DNA of 64,000 nucleotides from the human T2T-CHM13v2.0 reference genome, Homo sapiens: the NCBI RefSeq assembly GCF_009914755.1, contig NC_060925.1; one strand, given 5' to 3'. The notes under the pieces were generated by a model that was not told where the DNA came from, searched no databases, and was given only the letters and a program-made list of their open reading frames with translations. This document shows, piece after piece, positions 1 to 13,894 of the stretch. Within the stretch, counting starts at the first letter, position 1; each line of letters starts with the position of its first letter. Made by a program: the position numbers and the translations under genes.

Positions 1-439
1 TGCTGGGAGAATAGCCTCTGCACTTTCTGATAAGTATCAGAAAAATTTATAGCTTGCACCAGAAGTGGAGCTTCTCCCTGGGTAGTAAATCTATTGACAC
101 ACATAAGGGTTTTTCTGTCCTTGGCAAGCTTGAAGCCCAGAGACTACAGAAGAGCAACTAATGGAAGGAAAACATGTACAAGTCACTTACCTGCTACAGA
201 ACCTGCAGCTCCCCTTGCCTCTGCAGAGTGCCAGCCACAGTTACATTAGGAAGCGGCTAGTGTGATACTATCAATATTTAAAGGGGAAAGCGGGCATTGG
301 TAGGAGGGGGTGTCAAGGGAGGGGAGGGATGAGAAGTAATCTTTTCAGAAACAGGCCAGAGAGTTTCTCCTTTCCTTCTCTAATAACTAATTGCTCTGAG
401 CTCTGGGACTGAATGGTAATGCCTAAAGCAAGCCCTCAG

Positions 440-640
440 GTAAGAACAGGAGTACAAAAAGAAGGGGGAAAGAATAGGATGAGGACTAAAGGAAAAAGAT
501 GGAAAAGAGAAGAGAATGAGATGAAGAAAGAGGGAAACTGAGGAGATGGGTATATGGCAAGAAAAAGAGAAGCAAGAGAAAGAAGAAAAAAAATGGATGA
601 TAAAATGAAACAGAAAAGCAGAACAGAAAAAAGATTTATC
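440..640. repeat. Purine (GA)-rich low-complexity tract
   Basis: Almost pure A/G on the + strand; a second similar tract lies at about 1080-1290. Confidence 0.7.
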
Positions 641-824
641 TAACCTGAGCATAACCAAATACTTGTTTAGTATAGTCTTGGTGAAGATTTTTTCACTTTC
701 CTAGTCAGAGGGGAAAATAGATATGAATGATCATTTACCTCTGTAAATAGTGCTGAATGATACAGCATCATGGGAAGTTTCTCCGTCTGCTTTGCTCAAG
801 AGACAGTCATAGAAGCATATTACA

Positions 825-1085
825 TTAGCACTGAAATGAAATTTAGAGGTCATTCAGTTCAATCTCTTACTTAATGTAAGCTTTCTCCACAACTTTTCTG
901 ATAATTAACTATCCATCTTCCTCCTGCACATCTCTTAAAGCAAGGGGGTCACTCCCGGAAAAGTTGTTTGTGTCAATTTCAGATAATGCTCAGATTTCCA
1001 AAAGTTCTTCATTCTTCTGAGTAGAAAACTGTTTCCTTAGAGCTTCCTTCCAATGGTACTCTTCTTTCTTCTGCAGTGACAAAGA
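825..1085 (-). mobile_element. L3/CR1 LINE 3' fragment
   Basis: Degenerate match to the CR1 3' region (gggggtcact…aaaagttcttc…ctgagtagaaaactgtttcc…agcttcc…ccaatggt). Confidence 0.55.
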
Positions 1086-4084
1086 GGAGAATAGAAAAGA
1101 AACAAATAGAAAGGAAGGGAAAGAGGGACATTATGGTGGAACATCACACGATAACTAGAAAGAATATAAAAGGAAAAAATAAATATTTGAAAGAGATGTA
1201 AAAGTTGTGACTCTCAAAAAAAGGGAAATTGAGTAAGAAAGGATATAAGAAGATACATAACATAGAAGAAAGAGAGAGTGAAACATGGAAGAATGTTCAT
1301 CATCTAATTATTGTCATCTAATTAATTTTATTTTAATATTTCTCTAATGACTTTTATTCTTTTATGTCTTTTCCAAACTGGAACTTTATTGTCCTGAGGA
1401 ATAATGGCAGCAACTTAATTGTCTTTTTTTGTGTTATAATTTTGAAAGTGTTATTTTTCTCTCGTTTTCCAAATTTAAAAATGATGCAGTTAAATTTGTG
1501 ATTCTTCTGTCTAACATGGTCATTACGCGGTTGAAGATACAGTAATTGCTTTTTTTTTTGTTTTTCAAGTGTTAATGATTTCTGTACTATAAATAAACTG
1601 GATGTTCTCTAGTTGTTCATAAACAACTTCCATCTGGGGTTCAAAATTATAATGGTTTTGGCTTGGTTCATATTTATGTATTGCTAGCATCTGAAATCAA
1701 CTAAAAGGAGAGATTTTATCTACCACTGACTTGTTCCTAGCCACAGTTTCTGATTTTCAAATCGTTTCAAAATACTCTGCTCATTTGTATCTCCTTACAG
1801 CAAATATAACTTTATAGAATCAACATTAATTTTTAATTTATTCTCTAAGCAAAATAGGAAGCCTTAAGTATGTAGTATTAACCGTGGAGGGAACCTCTTC
1901 ACGTAAGATACATTAGGTTAAAAAAACTGTAAAGTCAATGGCTACATTAAAGAGATTATACCCACTTGAAGGATTTTTTTAAACTTCAGTTTTTCTGTCT
2001 ATTTATTAGAAACATTTCCTCTAAGGAAACATTTGAGTAACCAGTATTCAAGAAAAAAAGAATTTTCTCAAAATTATGTTATTTAAAATAAATGCTTTGT
2101 TATGAAAACCCTCCAAGTTTTATATAAAATCCTCTCTAATAAGCTTGAATAGGTTCCTTGACAAAAAAATTTACACAGAAAGCTTCTTGTTATTGTATCA
2201 TTTGGATGTTGCCTTTAAATTAGAAAATATCCCCTGTGGTCTTTTACACTTAAATTTTTTCATTATTAGTTTTTAATTGTATAATTCTTCAGGTAAAATA
2301 GCATTTTGAGAATTAAAAAAATACCATTTTCTTCTCCAATGTAAGAACAGACTTGAAATCTAGGAGGGCAAAAACATTTTTTCACCAAACCAAGATAAAA
2401 ACTAATGAGTTTTTTTATTAAAAGGTATAATTAACTCACATGAGTGCTAATGGCAAATGAATATTGTCATCAGATAAAGAATTGTTCATATGCTCTTATT
2501 ATTTGTGAGACGTTTCCTAGGATCTTACCCATATTATTCGCTGAAAAATTTCAAGTTAAAGAATATCTAGTTAACTCAAAACTATTGTTTTCAATGACAA
2601 GATCTGAGAGTAAGTAAAAGTCATATTTCCCCACCCAGGGATTCAATCTGTTTGGCTTCTTTATACATTTTTATCTCTGATACCTAACATTTGAAGGACT
2701 GATTTAAGAAATGGATAATGATTACTATAGGGACTAGATTAATCCATATTAACATGGGTATTCTGGTAACTTTTTCTTCTTCTCATGCATTCTTTTCTCT
2801 GAGAATAGAGTTGAGTTGAGTTGAGTTGAACAAGAAATTTCTCTCTCACTCAATTTTCTACCTAGGATGCTTTCTCCGAATCTTACAAAATACTTTCTGC
2901 TGTTTTAGCTTTCTGGCCTTTATCTACTTACTCTGTGGCCCTTCCAGCCACTAACCTTTCTGGCTTCTCTTGTCTTCAGCTGAGGCCTTGCTGGGATTAA
3001 TCAATAGGCTGGGATCTTAAAAAAAAAAACTTTCACAGATGGATGGATGAATTGGAAAAGAAGAAGAGATAAAGGATAACTAAATTTTTCTGATGAAGAG
3101 GTTAGGTTAATCTGTACTCACAGTGCTGTCACTCTTACAAAAACCATAGAATGAATATTTTTTATTAAAATGTCACAATTATTATTTCCTTAAGAAAGAA
3201 TAATAGCTATTTTAAAAAAAAATCAATTATTGTAACATCAGCAATAATTTCTTTTTCCAAAGAGAAATAACCTAACAAAGGAAAGACAACTATTTTTTTA
3301 AATAAATGTGTCCTAGAGTTGATGTCATCTATGTAGGAAGTAGCAGATAGACTGCAAAGCATTTAGGAAAGGAAATGATTTAAGTCACCTTATATTCTAG
3401 GTACTTTTCTAGGAGCAAGTGAAATAATACAGAATAAGACATAGTCCTGGCCACTTTGTTTGTATCGGTAGAAAAAATGAGACACTGTGCAAATATAATC
3501 AAGATACTAGACATAATACAATCAGTGGGTAGTAAATGAAAGAGAGTGGGCTGCTTTGGGCACATCATACCCATTAAATAAAATGTATACTTCTAAAGCC
3601 ACTGGAGCCAGAATTTGGGGACAGGGTTAATCAGAGAAGGCAGTGTGTATTACTATTATCTCTAGCATTCCCTCACATTGCTTTGTGGAAATCGAAAACC
3701 TGGAGCTGTTTCTATGTTCTTCAGTCTTTGAGAAAGCCTGTCTGGTAGACAAACAGGAGCTTTATCTTACCTTGAAGAAAATGAGACGGACAACACCAAT
3801 ACAATGGCCTTAGGCTTTATTTAATTCCTGAGTTTAGAAAATATCAGAATAAAGTTGATTTTCTTAAGCCTTCAGCAGCAATAAAGCAGCTCCAGCTACT
3901 AAATGGAGGTCTTGTGTCAACGTTAGGATATTGCAAAACCCTGTGCTGCCTACTCAGGTCTGATTTTATAAAAAGGCACAAAACTGCATTAGATTTGAGA
4001 GATTTGAGAGATGCTTGAACCAAGAAGCCTTCCATCGCGTCACTAGAAATACATGTTTATGTTCTTTTTTTAAACATCACTCTT

Positions 4085-4260
4085 TCATTCATTTAGCCAT
4101 TAGTTCCACAATATTTCTTGATATGCTTTTGTGAGCCAGGCACTGTATGTGACACTAGGAATAAAAAATCTCAGGGGACAGAGTGAAGTGGAGAATTGAA
4201 AATATTTGATAGAGATAATGATTAAGCTGAGACTTAAAATGTGCTTGAGAAAGACAACAT
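4085..4260 (-). mobile_element. L2 3' end fragment
   Basis: ttcattcattt…tgagccaggcactgt pattern typical of the L2 3' end. Confidence 0.55.
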
Positions 4261-4481
4261 ATGTATTCTTGACAATACTTTAGTAGGAGTCAAGATAGGA
4301 AATGGTTGTGTCTAGTGGCTGGAGAGTCTAGGGCAACTGGACCACATTTGGAATTTGGGCCTGGAGGATGGAGGGAATAGACACCAAAATAGGGGCAAAA
4401 GCTTTGAAACAGAAAACGTGGGTGCTGCTAAGTTGTTTGGCAACAGCATTTTTTAATGATAGCCATTTCTAGTAGTCAGAT

Positions 4482-4827
4482 TATCTTAGTCTGTTTGGGC
4501 TGTTATAACAAAATATTATATACTTGGTAGCTTATAAACAATAGAAATTTATTTTTCACAGCTCTGAAGCTCAGAAGTCCCAGATCAAGATGCTGGCAGA
4601 TTCGTTCTCTGGTGATGGTCTGTTTCCTGGTTTATAAACAGTGCCTTCTCACCATGTCCTCACATGACGGGAAGGGCAAGGGCCTCTCCAGGGCCTCTTT
4701 TATAAGAGCACTATCCCATCCACAAGGGCTCTGATTTCATGATGTAATCACTTCCTATTTTCTAATTTTAACCTGTGGGGTTAGGACTTCAACATATGAA
4801 TTTATGAGAGACATTCAGAATATAGAA
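4482..4827 (-). mobile_element. MLT1A-type MaLR solo LTR
   Basis: tcttagtctgtttgggctgttataacaaaata…gaagtcccagatcaagatgctggcagatt…ttcaacatatgaattt…acattcag, the characteristic MLT1A body. Confidence 0.85.
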
Positions 4828-7789
4828 GAGGTGTTTAGGAGATTAAAACATCATCTTTTTCCAAGCAAAATGCCACTCTATCAGATGAGCTGGCCTTTTA
4901 CCATCCACTTCTGGCTGCTGTTGCTTGATCACTAATAACCCTCACATGAACAGAGCTCCAACACACTATTTCAGTTGAAATATGAAATGTCCTTCTCTGA
5001 TGCTGGGTGCATCCCACCATTCTGGATTCTGTCCCAGGAAATAGTACCTGATGAAAGTTTTGCCCCATGCTGCCCATCGGTTAACCAGTGGGTACACAAT
5101 GAGGAAGAAGGCTCTCTGGGTGCATCAGGTGCTGCGTGGCAGGTGTCCCTGAAGTTTTATCTCTTTATACCAACCACAATGAGCAAGCAGTGGTGTTGCA
5201 TCCAGCAATGAAACAGATTATTTTTCAAAAACAACTAGATGAACATCAAGTTAGAATCTGGTTAGAAAGCTAATTTCTAAACATAAGTGGTATAAAAACT
5301 ATAGGTGAAGATTTACAGTTCTGTGGAAATGTCTATGCTATATTACCATATAAATGAATAGAATAGGCAACAAAGTAATATGTAAGCAATATTTTGGAGG
5401 GAAATGCATATATAATTTGAATGTGTAAATATGTGTGATACTGGAAGGGCTCTTATCAAAATGTTTAAAGCAATCATCTTTTGGCAATAGGGGTAAAGGT
5501 GTTTTTCCTCTATCATTTTCTTTGTTTTCAAGTTGTTTTTCTTGTTGCATTGAGGATTTTATATCAAAATGTTACATACATATATAATTTGATAAAATTA
5601 AACAATGCGAGGTTGGCATTGTGCACTGGAGAAGCATATGTCTCCATTTTGGTCTGGAAACTGGACCTCTGACACTTTTAGAGTCAAAATTTTGTTTATA
5701 ATTTTTTTATTGTTAACAAATTAAAAGGCATGTAAACAACATGCTTGTCTTCATTGTGAGGTGGAGTCTCTCTAAAATTTATTTTAGGCAAATAAAGCTA
5801 TAGCCAGTCCAGTCCAGTGTCCTTTGCTAATAGGTATTGTAAAAAAACAAAAATATGAATATGTATCACTTTCTGAATTTCTCTTTCTCAAATGTACCAT
5901 CAAGCACATTTTGTAGACCTCCCTGGCTTTTCTTATTTCAGAACGCCAGATGGACATGGAAGCACACAGTGTGCTGCAAAACATTTACTCCTACTCAAGA
6001 TTTGTGCTGACAGATTCTACTCCACAATTTCCCTTAAACTGTATCATAGCCAATGCCATTATGGAATTAACTCACTGCCAGCAAATACAATGGCTGGTAA
6101 CTTTTATTACAATGAAAGCTAAGCTACTGACATTGAATCAGGATTCTCAGGATGCTAGTTTTGATTAACTTGTACCCTTCTTGTATTTTCTACTATCAAG
6201 AACAAAACAACATTATCATTACTTTGCAAAAATTCAGCTTCACATGAAAATTGGGCAAGTTAGTAGAATTCTGCTGCAGGTGCCCTTGTTGAAACTTACT
6301 AGTGAATGCTATTGGTATAAATGCTCACACTGCACCATAGATTTCATCCAAAGTTGTATTTTTCTGCAGCTCCCCTGTTAAAACTCTTCTCTCCTTGTAT
6401 AGCACCTTCTCTCACATTTCAAATACAAAATTGTAAATGAAAGGGTAAGAAATTACTTTATATTTAATGCATTTGCAAAGGATGCATTGTTCTGTGAAGC
6501 TAGGTTTGAAAAGAATCCAGTATTTACCTTCTTTTCCCAGGAAAGTATATAATTTTAACTTCAATGTTAAATTCTTATCTATGGTTGACACAAAATAATT
6601 TTAGCACCTTTCCCTTCAATATTAAAAATAACAACAATGATGATAGTAATCTGAAAACGCAAGTAACAATTTAAAGAGTGGAACCATTATTGTGTTCCTA
6701 TGGTAAATACTGCCGGAGTGATTGCTGATGATTTTCAAGGTGCATGGTATAAACACTTTTGTGTACTGGAATTATTGTCTTAAAGTTTTCACAAAATGTA
6801 AGCCAATCTCTGCAAAGCCCTAATTGACTCAACCTTTGAGGTATTCCCTTAAGGAAGAGGGGTTCTGTAGCAGCCTCTTGTTGGTGCATTCTCAGGAGCC
6901 CTAACCCAGTGATGAAATGTTACAAAAATATAAAAATCTAGTTTTTCTGCAAAATACCTCTGGCAACCTGCAGGACACAAAATATTGCTAAGAGTGCTCC
7001 CAGAATTTCCAGTTTGCTGGCGGAACTGGTATTACTGGGCACCTATTTATGGAAAGACAGTTGTATTACAGCAGCTCTAGAAACCAATGCATTACACATA
7101 TAGTCATGGAAGGCCAATGATGGAGCTTGTGAATAGAGATATAAGGATTGATTTAAGCTCTATCACAAGCAACTTTCTGGTTGTAGTCTCAGAAAAACTG
7201 TTATGCCAGTAAAATTTAGGGTGGACCATCTTTTTGAGACTTTAACCTGAGGTCCTCAGAACCTAGGAAGCTCAAGTTACTTCCTAGATTAAAATTTAAC
7301 TATTACTTATTAACCGTTAGACTTTTCAACATACATTACATCGATCTTATGAGTCTCAAATCTCTTCTGACCTTGTCACTCCCAAATCTTTGATCAATAA
7401 GTCATGTAGTAAATTAATCTGTAATTTTTAAACAGCAACTTTTCTTCTTTTGGAGAGCCTATGCAAGTGCTTTCTAGGGGTAGTTGTTTCACTATTGCAG
7501 TCAAAAAGTGAGATTTTAATAAAAACAATTTTAAATAAGCAAGAAGTAGAAAACAGACCTGTAGAGGAACATTATGTAATACATGGTGAAAAAAGAATAT
7601 ATTTCAGAGGGTCCGTCTCAAATAATAAATTAAGCTTTATTATGCCACTAATTATGGTACTTAACTTATTGTGATCTACATATTATGTATACATATATAC
7701 TCACAGCATTGCCATATAATCCTTTGGTTTTGCTGGATATTAAGGTTGAGTCTCTTCTTGTAAATCATGACTTTGGGAAGCAGGCAGCA

Positions 7790-7930
7790 ACTCTTGGGGA
7801 TAACGCGACCCAACTCTCCTACTTTTCAGATGCAGAAACTGAGAACTAGAAAGGTTAATGATTTGCCATAGTCACACAATCAGTTAATGACAAAGCCTAG
7901 CCTAGAAATCATGAAGCTTGACTCCTTGAT
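7790..7930 (-). mobile_element. MIR SINE
   Basis: Core ttttcagatgcagaaactgagaactagaaaggttaatgatttgccatagtcacaca. Confidence 0.75.
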
Positions 7931-8112
7931 AGTGAGCTGGTAGGTAAATTCTGCCCTGCCTGCGCATTAAACTCTCTCGAATCACTGAGGTACCATTTTG
8001 TAAACTATTATTGTAAGTCATTAAAGCTCTTTATTCCCAAGCATCTTAGAAACAGTTTCAAAAGTGGTGCCCTAATAGGTCTTGAGAGTAAGTGGAGCTG
8101 TCCAAAGAGGTG

Positions 8113-8138
8113 TTTTTTTTTTTTTTTTTTTTTTTTTT
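8113..8138. repeat. poly(T)26 tract
   Basis: Homopolymer run seen directly. Confidence 0.95.
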
Positions 8139-8394
8139 GGCTGGGGAGGCCCTCAAGAGAAGTTCACCAGCAAAAATAATCTAGTTCATTGTATTCAAAG
8201 CAGCACAAAATACCATATATTCTGAAAATAAGAATATCACTTTACAAGTGAATGCTTCACAAAGAAACCCTAAGACATAAACAGATGGTTCATGTGTCTT
8301 AGAAATGCAAAGAATGGTAGCTTGTTTTCGTTGTGGAATTATTAAAAAGCAACCCAGCACTACTAAGCTTTCTTTTCTTCTCTAAGAGATGATC

Positions 8395-9990
8395 TCAGTT
8401 GTAGACAAGGAGAATGCTGGAGAAATTAATATGTTTCTAGATTTCAAAAAAGCACTGGATGGTCTTTTGTGATATAATGATGGAGAATAAGAGCAAGTAT
8501 TATGTGAGTAAGTAGTTCATTAAATAATGATATGCAAGAAAATTGATTTATGTCACCTAAAGAAGTCAGTCATGTCTATTAGTTTTTCTTCTTGGCCTTG
8601 GCTTGAAAATATAGAAATGATTGTTATCAAACACTCTGATTATTTATTTTCACTCTTGTTCCAAAAAGAAATTTAGCATAGCCTATAATAATATTTATAC
8701 TAAAACATGAAAACAGCATTTAGAAAAAGAAAACAATTAACGAAAAGTAAGAAAAGTTTAAGCCAGAAATGAGGTTGGTACTCCAAGCACATGCTACATA
8801 TACCATCCATCTTTCACAGAACAGTGGCAATTAACTTCTCCTTTTAGGATTTCATGAGTAAGAAAGTTTTAGAGTTAGGCATATAGGCTCAGCTTTTTCA
8901 TCTTTAAAACAGGGATAATAATAGTATCTACCTCATAGGGTAGGGTGAAGATTAAATGAGATAATACTTTTATACCTTTAACACAAGTATAGGTTCAGAA
9001 TAAAGATATTAATTAATATTTGTTGAATCCACAGCTGACTTATAATATTCACCAAATTGCATGTGTTTTGATTCTGCTGTCTCTTATGCCCATTTTGACA
9101 CATGGAAGGAACTCCATAAATGTCCATTGAAAGAAAGAAATCTGAATATTTCATAATGGTTTTAGAGGTAGCCAATTCAGAAGATTCAGCCAATTCAGCC
9201 AATTCACAGATCAGTATTCATAAACTTTTCAATACACTGTAAATATGGGCTTAACTGTCAAAAACAAAATAGAATTGGGAAACTTGTAACTTCCTGTTTT
9301 TAGCCATTAATTGCAAAAGTGAAATATGTGAGCAATCTAGCTTAAGAGCAATTCACATGAAAAATGTTGGGCTTCAAGTAGACATAAAGCCAGTACAAGA
9401 TACTAGTATTAAATTGATAAAAATACATTGGATTATTATTAATAATAGCACTTATTTAGATGTAAATATTAGGTCATTCAATTCTTATAACTACACAAAG
9501 ATACCAACTGTTTGCAGATTAGGAAAGAGTGGCTAAGAAAGGTTAATTTCCTTTTTTAAGGACACACATCTAATACGTGCCTGAGCTGTCTTTCAGATTC
9601 TGAATCTAATATCTACTGGCTTACTATACTGACTTGTGTGTGTTATGTGATATTCAGACCAAGGTGGAAAAGGCTTGTGGATGCTGTAGCATAAAGTGAC
9701 CATTTGAAAAAATACTGACATTCTGAATGATTCCAGAGAAAGAGTTGACATTACACAAGAAACACTTGATGGGACGAAGAGATTTAGCATTTAGGAGAGA
9801 TTTAAAATTGAACCACTCTAGCTGTCATCAAATATTGAAGATCTGCCATGTGGAAGGCACTTTTAGCAGTCCATTTGGTGATGGCAAGTTCAGTGCAATA
9901 CAAGGGAGATAGTTTTTAAAATTCGACATGTTCAACAATGAATAGATTTCTTCAAAAAGTAACATGTTTCTTATTACTAGAGGTGTTCCT
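8395..9990 (+). mobile_element. Fragmented L3/CR1 LINE (RT region to 3' end), interrupted by MIR pieces
   Basis: 8401-8460 translates VDKENAGEINMFLDFKKALD (CR1 RT motif YLDFxKAFD); CR1-like 3' blocks at about 9320-9400 and 9640-9990 (gctgtcatcaaatattgaagatctgccatgtggaag; ctagaggtgttc). Confidence 0.65.
8885..9030 (+). mobile_element. MIR SINE
   Basis: ctcagctttttcatctttaaaacagggataataatagtatctacctcataggg…gattaaatgagataat. Confidence 0.8.
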
Positions 9991-10856
9991 GCCCTATGAA
10001 CTTTAATTTTGTATTCTTCTATAAAAAGTGATTCTCTTATTTAAAAATGTTGCTAATTTTTCACTGTCAAAGTACTCTTTCTTGCTACCAGCTTTTGCAT
10101 GAGTTGTCCCTCCCACATATCAATTCACACAAAATTCTCAAAAGCCAACCTTGGCCATCACTGATATTTGCCTAGAACCAAACTTTAGGTATCTCACTTA
10201 TTTATTGCTGGCCTTCTGATTTCCTCATTCTAACATTACTTTTGTTGAACAGTTTAGATTTCCTTCTCTGACTTATGGTTTTGGTTTCCCAGCTCACCTG
10301 GTCCTAACTCAAGATATGTACTTAATTTCAGCAAATCCTTTCCCGGCAGGTAAAAGACAATCAATTTACCTGGGCATTTAGTTCCCCCAACCCTCACGCC
10401 CCACTAGCTTCTCAAGAATAGACTAGGCTTCCATTAACTTATTCTCCAGAGCCCACTGGAAATTCTTGGACTTGACATAGAACCTAGGAATTGAGGGTCA
10501 AACAATTGTCAACTTGTAAGGGTCTGAGATGGATAAATCTTTCTGGTGGCTGGTTAAGTCAAGAGAGTAACAAAAGACCATTTATTGAAATAGGATTAAG
10601 GTAGCAAGTAAGCCAACTGATTTGTGTCATATTAAAATGCCCTTTATTGTTTAAAGGCCATGTTCTCATCTCTGCTTCTATTCAGACAAATAGTTTAAAT
10701 TTATGCAACCTTATAACCTGTCTGTTTCAGAGGAGTAAATGGTTTACTCTAATTGTAAACATTTACCCCACAAATCAACAGGAACTTATTCCAGTCAGAC
10801 TATACAAATATAAGTACGTAAGTGAACAGTCATAACTAATCTAGTTTTTTAACATA

Positions 10857-11052
10857 TATTTTCCATTCTTTTTTTGTGCCTTTCTGATCTTGATCATGTG
10901 GTCAATTTTTAGATAAAGTTCACATTCCTCAGGCAATCAAGGAATCCTGTTTTTACCATCTATTTTCCATTCATTTTCCTGCCTTTCTGATCTTGACCAT
11001 GTGGTCAATTTTTAGATAAAGTTCACATTCCTCAGGCATCAAGGAATCCTGT
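10857..11052. repeat. Tandem duplication, period 104 bp, ~1.9 copies
   Basis: 10857-10950 and 10961-11052 share tattttccattc…gcctttctgatcttga(t/c)catgtggtcaatttttagataaagttcacattcctcaggca(a)tcaaggaatcctgt. Confidence 0.95.
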
Positions 11053-11449
11053 ATTGATGGACCCATTGAATCTATTCTACCTACTGTTCAAGAACAATTT
11101 CATAAACTCCCACATATTTACCAAACACCTATCATAAATGTATCATAGGTACATTTTAATTCTGGCCAAACTTATCCTACTATTTTCCACAGACAAATGG
11201 ATTTCTGTCACCGTACCTTTATTTTTCATGTGCTACCTTTCAAGAATAAATCTTTCCACCAACACATTCTCTTATAATTAGTATTGAGTCCAATTCAGTT
11301 CCTATTTCCTTCAAGTCTCCATAAGATTTTAGCTTCAAACAGATTCATCATTATTTAAATTTCTATGAAATTTATATTTTAAATTAGTCTATTATACATT
11401 TTCTAATAGTCTTCTGTTTGTTGGTTGATCACTAACCTGTAAGAAAATC

Positions 11450-11655
11450 AAAGACTTGAATCAGTTAAATGTTGATTGAAATCTCAACTCTAAACTTGCC
11501 GTGGAGCCAGCATGCGCAAATAATTTAAGTTCTCAGAGTTTCATTTTCTTTAAATGTGAAATGAGAATGTATTTTACTTCAGTGCTTTTGAGAAAATGAA
11601 AAAGTAATGTATACAAACTCTTGACCCATAAGATGTGTTTAATAAATATTAGTTA
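11450..11655 (+). mobile_element. MIR SINE
   Basis: ttctcagagtttcattttctttaaatgtgaaatgagaat…tttaataaatattagtt. Confidence 0.65.
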
Positions 11656-11919
11656 ATTCCATCTCCCTTCTCCCAATATTTCATGAGTATCTTTTGAATC
11701 ACCAACTGAATTGTTAAATATGTAGTTATACAAGTAGTGTCTTTTACTATCACCATATACATCCCTACTGTTCTGAGTACTCATAGACAGAGTATATATA
11801 CTCAATGAAATAAATGGTTATAGGAGTAATAATCATAATAATAATAATAACAGATGCCTCAGATACCCTTTGCTGCATAATAACTACCCTAGAACTAAGA
11901 GGCTTAAAAAAAAATGATG

Positions 11920-12330
11920 GAGAACTACTTCCAGAATAGCAGTGTGAGGAGCTCAGCAGATCCTTTTCCCAGTGTCACAACCATAGCTGGGAAAATTATA
12001 TTTTAAAAATCACTTAACAATCTCTGGAAACTGTTCTTAGGGCATACAGCAAATGCAAACATATTCAATCAAGAAAATATACTAAATATCTGAAGAAGCA
12101 TGAGTCTGTGGCATTTGACAGGTGACATGACAGGTGCCCTTCCTTTCCTTTCAAGCTCGACATCATGAACGCTCCATTCCAGGCAGGTGAGGCCAAGAAC
12201 AATGTGCTCTCTCTCTCTCCAGCTCCCATTTGAGGGCTGTAGCATGCCCCCAGGCGGAGCAAGTCAACAGCATTTCTCATTCCCCCATCCCCGCTCTGTG
12301 TTGCAGAATCAATACCGTAGGCTGAGGACA
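11920..12330 (+). mobile_element. Old L1M (L1MD/MC-like) 5' region fragment
   Basis: acttccagaatagcagtgtgaggagctcagcagatcc…tctctggaaactgttcttagggcatacagcaaatg…attcaatcaagaaaat resembles the L1M 5' UTR. Confidence 0.55.
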
Positions 12331-13894
12331 CACATTTGATTCCTCTTATTGGCAGAGTTCCATTGAGACTGCATAATCCAAATAAAATAATAAATGTATA
12401 TCAGTGTTGAAAAGACAGGATATGAAGCACCAACAATAATTTTGTCTAATGTCTGGAAATCGTAACGCTTATGTGATTGTATTAAGAGTGAAAACAGAAT
12501 GGAGGAAATGCCACCACAGCTGGGCTACGAAGGAGGATAAATGTCATTATTTCTAGCAGAATCGCAGAGTCACTGGCACAGAGAGAAGGAAGGGCTAATG
12601 TATGTAGCTCTTCCATCAAGGTAGTCATAGAAGACCTGCCACAAATTGACTAAGCCACTTAAACTGTCCAAACACCATGTATTATATTTTCAATGTACTA
12701 ATTAATTAATCAAACCCCTCTCCACTTTTGGGAATTAATCCTAAAGAAATAATCAGAGTTGTGGATTTTTTAATGAGAACAAAAAATATGATAACAACTC
12801 AAATGTCCAACAAAATTTAAAGAGTATGTGTTCTATGCACTAATATGTAAATAATTATCACTATATAGCAAAGTGTTTTGAGTGTTTTCATAGATTTGCC
12901 AAATTTTATGTATCAGATACTTGTGAAATAAACATGTGTTTTATGAATAGAGAATTTAAGATGTGTAGAGAAAGAATCATTAAAAATGTTGGTGCATTTT
13001 CTTCATCACACAACCCCTGTCGCCTAAGCTAAGTTCAAATATTTTGCCTTCAATGGTTCTGACAAACAGCTTGAAAAACTCTTTGGCTGGCTTTAAAAAA
13101 ATAATGGACTATCTGTGTCTGCCCAGATGTATGATTATGGTTACAATACCAGCTTCTTTTAAAAGAATGACTACTAAAACCACATGAAAGACCATTCACA
13201 AGCATGCCCTAAATAAGAGGATAAAACTGTTTGGAGCTGTTTTGGCAACTGACGCTAAATTATATTGTGTCACATGTCTTAGAAATATGTGAGAAAAGAC
13301 ATACACAGACAAAAAAAAAGAAAAGGAAGCTTACAATTCTAATTTTTAAAGTTTATTGGTTCACTGACTTAATATTTATGTAAGACTGAGGAAGCAAAGG
13401 TGACTAATATTCTATGTATGTTTTCAAGTAACCTACAACATAAGGAGAGGTACCAGTATGCATACAAACAATTGTACCACAATGAAATAGATGCTAGAAT
13501 AGAGTATTCAAATAGATACAAAGTATGATGGGAAGAGATGTGGAAGAGTGATAAACTGAAACTGTAGACTAGATTGTGTATTGCTTTTTCTTTTTTGAAT
13601 GGTGTCATTGGATAACAAAACAATGGCCAGAAAGTAGCCTGACTGTACAATTCTTGGTCAAGACATAGAATGCTCTGTGAATAGTATCCTTTGCAATTAA
13701 GCAGCATGGCAGCCCTAAAAAAGGAAAATATTATGGTCTTTGGAAGTTTACAAAGACCTCCAAATGTTGGTTTTTGACTTCAGCACTTTCTAGCTCCATT
13801 AGTTGCTCATGCTTTTATTTGCAAAAGCTTAAGTCTATGACTTATGAAGTAAAGATATCATTATCTCAAGTTACAAAAAAGTGAAACTAAATGC

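Noticed and set aside
380-658. 92-aa Phe/Ser-rich ORF
   Set aside because: Product of the low-complexity purine/pyrimidine tract.
1440-1720. Possible enhancer (MEF2-like ctataaataa at 1587-1596, TAAT cores)
   Set aside because: AT-rich motifs are expected by chance in this background, and conservation cannot be assessed here.
8113-8138. poly(T)26 as a retrocopy tail
   Set aside because: No attached Alu, L1 or mRNA body and no TSD visible.
10857-11052. CRISPR-like or other prokaryotic-type array
   Set aside because: Only two long copies with no repeat-spacer periodicity; the window is mammalian and shows no cas, tRNA or rRNA genes.
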